Positions 26,571-35,168 of a DNA stretch of 64,000 bases are shown here, piece after piece. Source of the DNA: Candidatus Methylomirabilia bacterium. Its GTDB lineage: Bacteria; Methylomirabilota; Methylomirabilia; Rokubacteriales; CSP1-6. The notes beneath the pieces were generated by a model. That model was not told the origin of the DNA, did not search any database, and saw only the letters and a program-made list of their open reading frames with translations. The stretch covers positions 19,265 to 83,264 of the forward strand of contig JBGQEL010000009.1 in NCBI GenBank assembly GCA_041496385.1. Direction: 5' to 3'. Position numbers and translations under genes: made by a program. Within the stretch, counting starts at the first letter, position 1. Each line of letters opens with the position of its first letter.

Positions 26571-27497
26571 ATGAACATCCGTCCCGTGCATCCGAGCCTC
26601 GGTGCTCGCGTCGAGGGTGTCGATCTCGCGCAACCGCTCGACGCGGCGGCGTTCCAGCGGATCTTCGATGCGTTCCAGGAGCACGCGGTGCTCATCTTCA
26701 GCGACCAGCGGCTCACCGACGAGCAGCAGATGGCGTTCAGCCGCCGCTTCGGGCCGCTGGAGGAGACGCTCAAGGCGACGGGGAAGGAGAACCGCCTCCA
26801 CCCCAACCTCGTCGACCTTTCCAACGCGGATCCGGAGCGGAACGGCGCGCTCATGGACTGGACGGACCGTCGCATGCTCTATCAGTCGGGCAACCAGCTC
26901 TGGCACACGGACAGCTCGTTCAAGCCGGTCCCGGCGATGGCGTCGCTGCTCTCCGCGCGCGAGGTGCCGCCGGTCGGCGGGGAGACGGAGTTCGTGAGCA
27001 TGCGTCTCGCGTACGCGACGCTACCGGAGGAGACACGGCGACGGCTCGAGGGCAAGGTGACCGTGCACAGCATCCTCTACTCCCGGAGCACGATCGCGAA
27101 GGGTCTCTTCGACCCGGAGGACGAAAAGGGTCTGCCGCCCGTGCGCCAGGCCCTCGTGCGCGCCAACCCGGTCAACGGGCGGAAGACCATCTACATCGGC
27201 TCGCACGCCTGGTACATCGAAGGTCTGAGCTACGAGGACTCGCGCCGGCTCCTCGACGACCTCCTCGCGCACACGACGCGCGCCGAGCACGTCTACCAGC
27301 ACCTGTGGCGGGAGTGGGACCTCGTGATGTGGGACAACCGCTGCGCGTTGCACCGCGGGCGCCCGTGGGACGCCGCGCGCCATCGGCGCGTCATGCGGCG
27401 GACGACGGTGGCCGGCGAGGGCCCGACGGCGCAGCCGCCGTTCGCCACCCGCATCGCCGTCTGGGACGGGATCATTCCCGAGGGCGTCGGCGTCTAG
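26571..27497 (+). CDS. TauD/TfdA-family Fe(II)/2-oxoglutarate dioxygenase
   Basis: WHTDSSF (HxD), GGETEF, WDNRCALHR; SD GGAGG. Confidence 0.93.
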   Translation: MNIRPVHPSLGARVEGVDLAQPLDAAAFQRIFDAFQEHAVLIFSDQRLTDEQQMAFSRRFGPLEETLKATGKENRLHPNLVDLSNADPERNGALMDWTDRRMLYQSGNQLWHTDSSFKPVPAMASLLSAREVPPVGGETEFVSMRLAYATLPEETRRRLEGKVTVHSILYSRSTIAKGLFDPEDEKGLPPVRQALVRANPVNGRKTIYIGSHAWYIEGLSYEDSRRLLDDLLAHTTRAEHVYQHLWREWDLVMWDNRCALHRGRPWDAARHRRVMRRTTVAGEGPTAQPPFATRIAVWDGIIPEGVGV

Positions 27498-27509
27498 TCT
27501 CGTCGCGGC

Positions 27510-27926
27510 TCAGCGGGCGACGCGATGGGCGACGCAGTGCACGAGGGCGACCGCGGCGCCGGCCTCGGTCGAGACCGCGATCTCGTAGAAGCCGGCGCGC
27601 CGCCCCTGCTTCTTCTCGCGGCCCTCGGCGATGAGCCGCGCGTCCGGTCGCACCGCCGCGAGGTAGCTGATCGTGACGCTCAACGCGACGGCGTCCTCGC
27701 CGTGGGAGTTGCAGGCGGCGCCGAACGCGACGTCGGCGAGCGAGAAGATGACGCCGCCGTGCGGGTACCCCTGGAAGTTCACCATGTGGGGCTGGAGCGT
27801 CATCGAGACGCGGCAGCAGCCGCGACGGAGCTCGAGGAACCGGATACCCAGCGCGCGGGCCCAGGGGTCGTTCTCGATGCGCGCGCGGAGCTCGTCGGGA
27901 ATCGCGGGGTAGTCGGACGCGGCCAC
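27510..27926 (-). CDS. PaaI-family hotdog-fold thioesterase
   Basis: N..G..HGGVIFSLADVAFGAACN. Confidence 0.92.
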   Translation of the reverse strand: MAASDYPAIPDELRARIENDPWARALGIRFLELRRGCCRVSMTLQPHMVNFQGYPHGGVIFSLADVAFGAACNSHGEDAVALSVTISYLAAVRPDARLIAEGREKKQGRRAGFYEIAVSTEAGAAVALVHCVAHRVAR

Positions 27927-27934
27927 AGGTTCCC

Positions 27935-28633
27935 ATGGTACAACTTGACCCCGTGATCGATCTCAACACCTTCTCGATCGCGGCGCGCGACGACGACACG
28001 GGCGCGCTCGGCGTGGCCGTGGCCACCGCGCGGCCGAACGTCGGGAGCCTCGTGCCCTGGGTCTCGCTCCGGGGCGCGGTCGCCACGCAGGCGCGCGTCA
28101 ACACCGGGCTTGGCCGGCAGGGCCTCGCCCTCGTCGACCAGGGCGTGCCGGTCGACGTGGCGCTGAGCGCGCTCCTGTGGAAGGACGGAGAGCGGGAGAT
28201 CCGCCAGGTTCACGGCGTGGACGCGGGTCGGAGCTTCTGCCACACCGGAACGAGCTGTGTCGCCTGGTGCGGCCACGAGGACGGCGACGATTTCACGGTC
28301 GCCGGGAACATGCTCGCGGGCCCCGAGGTTATCGCTGCGATGGCGCGGGCCTTCCGAGCGGCCGGCGGCGCGGGGCGCGACCTCTCCGAGCGCCTCCTGC
28401 TCGCCCTCGAGGCGGGGCAGGCGGCGGGTGGCGACAAGCGGGGCAAGCAGTCGGCCGCGCTGCTGATCGCGAGCCCGGAGCCGCGCATGTACCACAACCT
28501 GCGCGTGGACGACCACGCCCAGCCCGTCGCGGAGCTTCGCCGGATCTGGGACGTCGTGGTCGAGCACGCTCGGGGGATCGAGCGCGAGTACGGCCCGGCG
28601 GCCGCGCGACTCTTCGGCCGGGTCAAGCATTGA
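27935..28633 (+). CDS. DUF1028-family (Ntn-hydrolase-like) protein
   Basis: TFSIAARD, GAVATQA, AGNML, GGDKRGKQSAAL, LRVDDH. Confidence 0.9.
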   Translation: MVQLDPVIDLNTFSIAARDDDTGALGVAVATARPNVGSLVPWVSLRGAVATQARVNTGLGRQGLALVDQGVPVDVALSALLWKDGEREIRQVHGVDAGRSFCHTGTSCVAWCGHEDGDDFTVAGNMLAGPEVIAAMARAFRAAGGAGRDLSERLLLALEAGQAAGGDKRGKQSAALLIASPEPRMYHNLRVDDHAQPVAELRRIWDVVVEHARGIEREYGPAAARLFGRVKH

Positions 28634-28668
28634 GCGAATCCAGGCAGGACAGCGTGAAGGAGACGACC

Positions 28669-30240
28669 ATGAGCGTGATCAGGACGAGCGTGTGCCTCGG
28701 CCTCGGGGCCCTGGCCGCGCTGATGTTGATGCTGCAGGCCGGGGACGCGCACGCGCAGAAGAAGACGCTCGTCGTGGCCCTGAACCAGGACCCCGACATC
28801 CTCGATCCGACGCTGGCGCGGACGTACGTCGGGCGGATCGTCTTTTCCCACATCTGCGAGAAGCTCTACGAGATCGACGAGGGGCTGCGCATCTCGCCCC
28901 AGCTCGCGGCGGCCCTGCCGGCGATCAGCGACGGCGGCAAGACCGTCACGATCAAGCTACGCGCCGGCGTGAAGTTCAACGACGGCACGCCGATGGACGC
29001 CGAGGCGGTCAAGTTCTCGCTCGACCGGCACCGCACGCTCAAGGGCTCGAACCGCGCCAGCGAGCTGGCGCCTGTCGACGCCGTCGAGGTGGTGGACCCG
29101 CTGACCGTGCGGCTGCGGCTCAAGGCGCCCTTCTCGCCGCTGCTCGCCCAGCTCACCGATCGGGCTGGCATGCCGCTCTCGCCGGCCGCGGTGAAGAAGC
29201 TCGGCGAGAATTTCGGGACCGCGCCCGTCTGCGTCGGGCCCTGGCAGTTCGCCGAGCGCGTGCCACAGGACCGGATCGTCGTGGAGAAGTCGCCCCACTA
29301 CTTCGACCCGGCGCAGGCGAAGTTCGACAAGGTGATCTTCCGCATCATCCCCGACGACAACGTGCGTCTGGCCAACCTCCGCTCGGGCGACATCGATCTC
29401 ATGCACATGGTCAGGCCGAGCGACGCGACCGCCATCAAGCGCGAGGCGAAGTTCGAGCTGTCCAACGTGACCGGGCTCGGCTACCAGGGCATCAACATCA
29501 ACCTCCGCAACAAGACGGGCAAGCAGAACCCGCCGGGCGACCTCGGCACGCCGCTCGCCAACGACCCGCGCGTGCGCGAGGCGTTCGAGCTCAGCATCGA
29601 CCGCGAGGCGCTGAACCAGGTCGTGTGGGACGGGCTCTACACGCCGGGCTGCACGCCGATTCCACCGATCAGCGTCTTCTTCGACAAGACGCGCAAGTGC
29701 CCGGGCCGCGACGTGGCGAAGGCGAAGAAGCTCCTCGCCGACGCCGGGCTGGCCGGGGGCTACGCCTTCGAGATGACGGTGATCAACAATCCGGGCGAGC
29801 GCCGCGTGGGCGAAGTGATCCAGCAGATGGCGCGCGAGGCCGGCTTCAACATCTCGCTCCGGCCGCAGGAGTTCGCCTCGGCGCTGAAGGACGACGACGA
29901 CGGCAAGCTCCAGGCCTTCCAGATCGGCTGGAGCGGGCGCGTGGATCCCGACGGCAACATCCACCAGAACCAGACGTGCCGGCGAGGCGACTCCGGAAGC
30001 CTGAACACCACGCACGCCTGCGACGAGAAGATCGACACGGTGCTGAACCAGGCGCGCGAGATCAGCGACGTGGACCGACGCCGGGCGCTCTACCGCGAAG
30101 CCGGCGACATGTTCAGCGCCCGGCGCAACATCGTCTACATCTATCACCTGAACTACATCGTGGCGTTCCCGAAGAACCTCAAGGGCTACAAGGCCATCCC
30201 CGACGGCCTGATCCGGATCAAGGGGACGTCCTGGAACTGA
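28669..30240 (+). CDS. peptide/nickel ABC transporter substrate-binding protein (family 5)
   Basis: Signal peptide; LRAGVKFNDGTP; SD AAGGAG. Confidence 0.94.
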   Translation: MSVIRTSVCLGLGALAALMLMLQAGDAHAQKKTLVVALNQDPDILDPTLARTYVGRIVFSHICEKLYEIDEGLRISPQLAAALPAISDGGKTVTIKLRAGVKFNDGTPMDAEAVKFSLDRHRTLKGSNRASELAPVDAVEVVDPLTVRLRLKAPFSPLLAQLTDRAGMPLSPAAVKKLGENFGTAPVCVGPWQFAERVPQDRIVVEKSPHYFDPAQAKFDKVIFRIIPDDNVRLANLRSGDIDLMHMVRPSDATAIKREAKFELSNVTGLGYQGININLRNKTGKQNPPGDLGTPLANDPRVREAFELSIDREALNQVVWDGLYTPGCTPIPPISVFFDKTRKCPGRDVAKAKKLLADAGLAGGYAFEMTVINNPGERRVGEVIQQMAREAGFNISLRPQEFASALKDDDDGKLQAFQIGWSGRVDPDGNIHQNQTCRRGDSGSLNTTHACDEKIDTVLNQAREISDVDRRRALYREAGDMFSARRNIVYIYHLNYIVAFPKNLKGYKAIPDGLIRIKGTSWN

Positions 30241-30254
30241 CCCGCTAGCCGGCC

Positions 30255-31217
30255 GTGCTCGAGTTCCTGATCCGCCGGGCCGCGATCTCGGTCGTGACCC
30301 TCGTCGTGATCAGCCTCATCGTCTTCACGGGGGTGCGGATGATTCCGGGCGACCCGGCGCGCGTCATGGCCGGCGCCGAGGCCGACGCCGCCGGGATCGA
30401 GGAGATCCGCGCGAAGTACGGGTTGAACGACCCGATCCCCGTCCAGTACCTGCGCTGGGCGGCGCTCGCGCTCCAGGGCGACCTCGGCCGCTCGATCCGC
30501 ACGCGCGACCCGGTGCTCAAGACCGTCGCGCAGAAGCTGCCGATCACCGTCGAGCTCGCCTGTCTCTCGGTGCTCCTCGCGATCGCGATCGCGATCCCCG
30601 CGGGCGTGCTGGCGGCGGTGCGCCGCAACACCGCGTGGGACGTCGTCGCGAGTGCCGCGTCCCTCGGCGGCGTCTCCATCCCCAACTTCTGGCTCGGGAT
30701 CATGCTGATCCTTTTCTTCTCGGTCCGGCTCGGCTGGCTACCCGCGTCCGGGTTCGTGCCCGTGTGGGAAGATCCGTTGGCCAACCTCCGGCGCATGCTC
30801 ATGCCCGCCTTCGTGCTCGGCACGGCGCTCGCGGCCGTGCTCATGCGCCAGACGCGTAACTCGATGATCGAGGTGCTGAGCGCCGACTACATCCGCACGG
30901 CGCGCGCGAAGGGCCTGGCCGGGTGGGTGGTGGTCTTCCGGCACGCGATCCGCAACGGCCTCATCCCGGTCGTGACGATCCTCGGGCTGCAGATGGGCGC
31001 GCTCATGAGCGGCGCGGTGGTGACCGAGCAGATCTTCGTGGTGCCGGGGTTCGGCCGGCTCGTCGTCGAGGCCGTCTTCACGCGCGACTACCCGCTCGTC
31101 CAGGGGGTCGTGCTGATCACGGCGAGCTCCTACGTGCTGATCAACCTCGCGGTGGACGCCTCCTACTCGCTGTTGAACCCGCGCATCCGGATCAAGGGGG
31201 CCGCCGGTGGGCCCTGA
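30255..31217 (+). CDS. ABC permease, DppB/OppB-like
   Basis: PGDP, DYIRTARAKGL (EAA loop), RDYP. Confidence 0.95.
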   Translation: MLEFLIRRAAISVVTLVVISLIVFTGVRMIPGDPARVMAGAEADAAGIEEIRAKYGLNDPIPVQYLRWAALALQGDLGRSIRTRDPVLKTVAQKLPITVELACLSVLLAIAIAIPAGVLAAVRRNTAWDVVASAASLGGVSIPNFWLGIMLILFFSVRLGWLPASGFVPVWEDPLANLRRMLMPAFVLGTALAAVLMRQTRNSMIEVLSADYIRTARAKGLAGWVVVFRHAIRNGLIPVVTILGLQMGALMSGAVVTEQIFVVPGFGRLVVEAVFTRDYPLVQGVVLITASSYVLINLAVDASYSLLNPRIRIKGAAGGP

Positions 31218-32046
31218 GGCACGCCGGCGATGGCGGCGCATGCTGCGGCGACCGGCGTCGGTCGCGGGCCTCGCCGTCGTCCTGGTCTTCGTGGCCCTCG
31301 CCGTCGGCGCGCCGTGGATCGCGCGCACCGACCCGGTGCAGACCGACTGGAGCAAGGTTCGCAAGGCGCCGACGCTGGCGCACCCGTTCGGGACGGACGA
31401 TCTCGGCCGGGACAACTTCTCGCGCGTGGTCTGGGGAAGCCGCATCTCGATGCAGGCGGGCGTATTTTCGATCCTGCTCGCGATGGCGATCGGCGTTCCG
31501 GTCGGGCTCGTCGCGGGCTACTACCGCGGCGGGCTCGACCAGCTCGTCATGCGGCTCACCGACGCCTGGCTGGCCTTCCCGTTCCTGATCCTCGCCATCG
31601 GCCTGGTCACCATCATGGGCCCCTCGCTCACGAACGCCACGCTCGCGATCGGGCTCGGCGCGACACCGACCTACATCCGTCTCACGCGGGCCCTCACCCT
31701 CTCCACCAAGGAGGAGGACTACGTCCTGGCGGCGCGGGCCCTCGGCGCCGGCGATGGCCGGCTGATGCGGCGCCACGTCTTTCCGAACATCTTCAGCGCG
31801 CTGCTCGTCCAGGCGACGGTCTCGGTGCCTACGGCGATCATCGCCGAGGCGATCCTGTCGTTCCTGGGGCTGGGCGTGCAGCCGCCCACGCCGTCCTGGG
31901 GCACGATGCTCAACGCCGCGCAGCAGTTCCTCGAATCGGCGCCCTGGATGGCGTACTGGCCCGGGCTGGCGATCTTCTCGCTCGCGCTCTCGTTCAACCT
32001 CGCCGGCGACGGCCTGCGGGACCTGCTCGATCCCAGGGATTACTGA
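31207..32046 (+). CDS. ABC permease, DppC/OppC-like
   Basis: HPFGTDDLGRD, YVLAARALGA, LSFLGLG, DGLRD. Confidence 0.95.
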   Translation: MGPEARRRWRRMLRRPASVAGLAVVLVFVALAVGAPWIARTDPVQTDWSKVRKAPTLAHPFGTDDLGRDNFSRVVWGSRISMQAGVFSILLAMAIGVPVGLVAGYYRGGLDQLVMRLTDAWLAFPFLILAIGLVTIMGPSLTNATLAIGLGATPTYIRLTRALTLSTKEEDYVLAARALGAGDGRLMRRHVFPNIFSALLVQATVSVPTAIIAEAILSFLGLGVQPPTPSWGTMLNAAQQFLESAPWMAYWPGLAIFSLALSFNLAGDGLRDLLDPRDY

Positions 32047-32075
32047 CCCGTGTATACTACGAGGGCTTTACCCTT

Positions 32076-32169
32076 GGAGAGGTGGCCGAGTCGGCCGAAG
32101 GCAGCCGCCTGCTAAGCGGTTACAGGGGCAAAACCTCTGTCCCGGGTTCGAATCCCGGCCTCTCCGCCA
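32076..32169 (+). tRNA. tRNA-Ser (GCT)
   Basis: GCCGC-ctGCTaa-GCGGT, long variable arm, CCA. Confidence 0.96.
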
Positions 32170-32170
32170 C

Positions 32171-32247
32171 GGGCCCTTAGCTCAGGTGGACAGAGCGTCG
32201 GACTACGAATCCGAAGGCCAGAGGTTCGAATCCTCTAGGGCCCACCA
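32171..32247 (+). tRNA. tRNA-Arg (ACG)
   Basis: TCGGA-ctACGaa-TCCGA, T-loop GTTCGAATCC, CCA; 1 nt after tRNA-Ser. Confidence 0.96.
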
Positions 32248-32268
32248 CTTCCCGCCCGAGGTAACTCG

Positions 32269-32739
32269 GTGACCGAGCACGAGGCGCTGTCGGTCCTGCA
32301 GGGTGACGATGTCGCGCGCGCCGCGCGCGCGGCGGCGGCGCTGTGGGAGATGTGGCACCGCTCGGGCGACCCGAGGCTGGACGCGCTCCTGCGTGAGGGG
32401 ATCGGGGCGCTGGAGCGCCGGGACCTGGGCGCGGCGCAGTCGATCTTCACGCGGCTGATCGAGACGGCGCCCGAGTTCGCCGAGGGTTGGAACAAGCGCG
32501 CCACGGTCCGGTACATGGCCGAGGACTACGAAGGCTCGATCGCCGACTGTCGCGAGACCGTCGCGCGCAACCCGAATCACTTCGGCGCGCTTTCGGGCCA
32601 GGGCCTCTGCCATATCGCGCTCGGCCAGTACCGCGAGGCGGCCGACCTCTTCCGGCTGACGCTCGCCGTCCATCCGCACCTGGACAGCGCGCGGGGGAAC
32701 CTGCGCGCGGCGCTGAACGAGCTCGTGAAGTGGAACTGA
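32269..32739 (+). CDS. TPR-repeat protein
   Basis: PEFAEGWNKRAT, PNHFGALSGQG. Confidence 0.88.
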   Translation: MTEHEALSVLQGDDVARAARAAAALWEMWHRSGDPRLDALLREGIGALERRDLGAAQSIFTRLIETAPEFAEGWNKRATVRYMAEDYEGSIADCRETVARNPNHFGALSGQGLCHIALGQYREAADLFRLTLAVHPHLDSARGNLRAALNELVKWN

Positions 32740-32766
32740 GCATGCACACAAGGGGGGTGATGAGCG

Positions 32767-32865
32767 ATGGCGACACACTCCAAGACCAGGACCGCCGTTC
32801 GACGGCTCCGGCGTCTCGCGCGCCGGCGCCGCGAGGCCGAGCTCAAAAAGGCCCGGCGCGGATGA
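32767..32865 (+). CDS. putative 32-aa highly basic small protein
   Basis: MATHSKTRTAVRRLRRLARRRREAELKKARRG; G-rich SD-like GGGGGGTG upstream; fills the intergenic gap. Confidence 0.5.
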   Translation: MATHSKTRTAVRRLRRLARRRREAELKKARRG

Positions 32866-32877
32866 TAGGATGACGCG

Positions 32878-33663
32878 ATGCTGATCGGCGCCTTCGCCTG
32901 CGCGCACACGCCGCAGCTCCTCGCGCGCCCGGATACCGAGGATCGAGAGCTGGTGCTGCGGGTCCACGCGGCGTTCGCGCGCGTCAGGCGGCGCCTCGAG
33001 GCGCTCCGGCCCGACGCGATCGTGATGGTGGCGGGCGACCACGTCGAGGCGTTCTTCTTGAACGCGGTGCCCGCGCTGGCCGTCTACGTCGGCGCCGAGT
33101 GTACGGGAGCCTTCGGCCACTACCGCTACCGGTTCCCCATCCACGAGCCGCTCGCCCGCGCGATCGTCGAGCAGGGGATCGAGCGCGGGTTCGATCTCCT
33201 CTACACGCAGGACGCGCCGCTCGATTACGCCTTCTACGTCCCGCTCCACTTCACCATGCCCGCGCCGGCGGTGCCGATCGTGCCGCTGCACGTCAACGTG
33301 TACCTGCCGCCCCAGCCGACGCCGCAGCGCTGCCACGCCTGGGGCCGGGCGCTCGGCGAGATCCTCCGCGCGCGCCCGGAGCGCGTCGTGCTCATGGCCT
33401 CGGGCGGCATGTCGCACTACCCCGGGACCGATCGTTACGCGTCGCCCGAGTTCGACTGGGACCGCCGCGTCCTCGATCAGCTGGCGCAGGGACGCGGACG
33501 GGAGCTGGCCGCCGTCACCGCGGAAGAGCTCGACAAGGCGGGGAACATCGAGCTGCGCACCTGGATCACGCTGCTGGGCGCCGTGGGCGATTCGCGCGCC
33601 GACGTCTACTGCTACGAGCCCTCCTGGCACCACGGCAACGCGGTGGTCGAGTGGCCGATCTGA
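32878..33663 (+). CDS. LigB-family (class III) extradiol ring-cleavage dioxygenase, catalytic subunit
   Basis: AHTP, GDH, SGGMSH, GNIELRTW metal-ligand pattern. Confidence 0.88.
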   Translation: MLIGAFACAHTPQLLARPDTEDRELVLRVHAAFARVRRRLEALRPDAIVMVAGDHVEAFFLNAVPALAVYVGAECTGAFGHYRYRFPIHEPLARAIVEQGIERGFDLLYTQDAPLDYAFYVPLHFTMPAPAVPIVPLHVNVYLPPQPTPQRCHAWGRALGEILRARPERVVLMASGGMSHYPGTDRYASPEFDWDRRVLDQLAQGRGRELAAVTAEELDKAGNIELRTWITLLGAVGDSRADVYCYEPSWHHGNAVVEWPI

Positions 33664-33941
33664 TGGACGGCGCGGCGCACTACCGGTTCCCGCCGGCGAG
33701 CGCGTACCCCCTCAACCGCTGCCTCTTCGCCCTCAAGTCGGACGACGCCTACCGCGCGCGCTACGTGGCCGACGCCGAGGCGGCCATGCGCGACTTCGGC
33801 CTCGCCGAGGAGGATCGGGCGGCGCTGCGCCGCGCCGACCGCGATGCCCTGGTGGCCCGCGGCGCCCATCCGTATCTCGTCTTCATGGTCGACCTGAGGC
33901 TTCGCATGGCCCGCGGGACCACGACGTTCGAATACTTCTGA
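33663..33941 (+). CDS. LigA-like small subunit of ring-cleavage dioxygenase
   Basis: YPLNR...YRARY..D......FGL.EE......D...L...GAHPY; TGATG overlap with ligB-like gene. Confidence 0.8.
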   Translation: MDGAAHYRFPPASAYPLNRCLFALKSDDAYRARYVADAEAAMRDFGLAEEDRAALRRADRDALVARGAHPYLVFMVDLRLRMARGTTTFEYF

Positions 33942-33957
33942 GCTCGGGGGAGGCGGC

Positions 33958-34659
33958 ATGACGACCGAAGAGTGGTACGACGCGCTGACGGCGGAGCTGC
34001 TCGCGCAGAGCCCCTTTCGGCGCTCGGAGTACTTCAAGCGCTTCGCGTCGGGCGCGCTGAGCCGCGAGCAGGTGTGGGGGCACATCGCGCAACACTATCT
34101 CCTGATCGCCTGGTTCCCCCGGATCTTCAGCGGGATCCACACGCGGTGCGAGGACCTCGAGGTCCGCAAGGACTGCGCGCGGCACCTGCTCGTCGAGGAC
34201 CTCGGGTACTTCGAGGGGCGCGTGGGCGGGACCCCGGACCACGACGAGCTCTTCCGCCGGATCGGCGACGACCTCGGCCACGCCCGCGACGCGTATGACC
34301 GCATCGAGCCCGTCCCCGAGATGGCCGCGATCATCGACTTCTTCCGGCGGCTGGCCCACGAGACCCCGTGGAGCGCGTCCCTCTGCGCGACGGCGCTCCT
34401 CGAGGAGGAAGTGGTCGAGATCGCGCAGACCGTGGGCGGCGCGCTCGTCCGGCACTACGGCGTGCGCCCGGAGTGGGGCGGCCTGAACTACACGGCGCAC
34501 GAGGCGATCGAGAAGGAAGAATCGGGAGAGACCAAGAAGACCATCCTCAAGCACCTGCGCACGGCCGACGACCGGCGCGCCGCCGAGGCGGCGATGCGCG
34601 AGATGCACCGGCTGCTCGACGTCTACGCCGCGGGCCTCGCCCGCCGGCACCTCGCGTAA
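33958..34659 (+). CDS. heme-oxygenase-like (PqqC/TenA/CADD) iron-containing redox protein
   Basis: YFKRFASGALSREQ, ED..G....DH.ELF, E and H..E helices. Confidence 0.75.
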   Translation: MTTEEWYDALTAELLAQSPFRRSEYFKRFASGALSREQVWGHIAQHYLLIAWFPRIFSGIHTRCEDLEVRKDCARHLLVEDLGYFEGRVGGTPDHDELFRRIGDDLGHARDAYDRIEPVPEMAAIIDFFRRLAHETPWSASLCATALLEEEVVEIAQTVGGALVRHYGVRPEWGGLNYTAHEAIEKEESGETKKTILKHLRTADDRRAAEAAMREMHRLLDVYAAGLARRHLA

Positions 34660-34670
34660 GGGAGACCACG

Positions 34671-35168
34671 ATGGAACCGAAGCTCGCTGACCTGCTCACC
34701 CGGCGGGTCGCCCGGTTCGTGGACCGCAAGCCCGACTGGGACGCGTTCGCCGACGCGCGCGTCGAGGGGTATCGCCGCGCGCAGCACCGGTTCATCGGCT
34801 CCGGCGCGTCGGGCAAGTCCGACGCCAGCGCGATCCCGGCCGAGCACTTCACGCTGAGCATCATGTTCGTGCCGCCCGGGCAGGGCAACGCGGCCCACAG
34901 CCACGAGGTGGAAGAAGCCTTCTTCGTCCTGGAGGGCAAGATCCTCGTCTTTCTCGAGGACGGCGCGGGTGGGCGTGCGGAGACCGTGCTGGGCCCGTGG
35001 GACTGCATCTCGTGCCCGGCCAACGTGATCCACGGCTTCCAGAACGTCGGGCTCGAACCCGCCTACCTGCAAGTCATGCTCGGCCGGTCGAAGCCCGAAC
35101 TCATGACCTACGCGGACCAGAGCCTCCAATCGCGACGCGACGAGCATCTCCGGACGTCTCCCGCGTGA
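34671..35168 (+). CDS. cupin-domain protein
   Basis: PPGQGNAAHSHEVEEAFFVLEG ... PANVIHGF. Confidence 0.9.
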   Translation: MEPKLADLLTRRVARFVDRKPDWDAFADARVEGYRRAQHRFIGSGASGKSDASAIPAEHFTLSIMFVPPGQGNAAHSHEVEEAFFVLEGKILVFLEDGAGGRAETVLGPWDCISCPANVIHGFQNVGLEPAYLQVMLGRSKPELMTYADQSLQSRRDEHLRTSPA

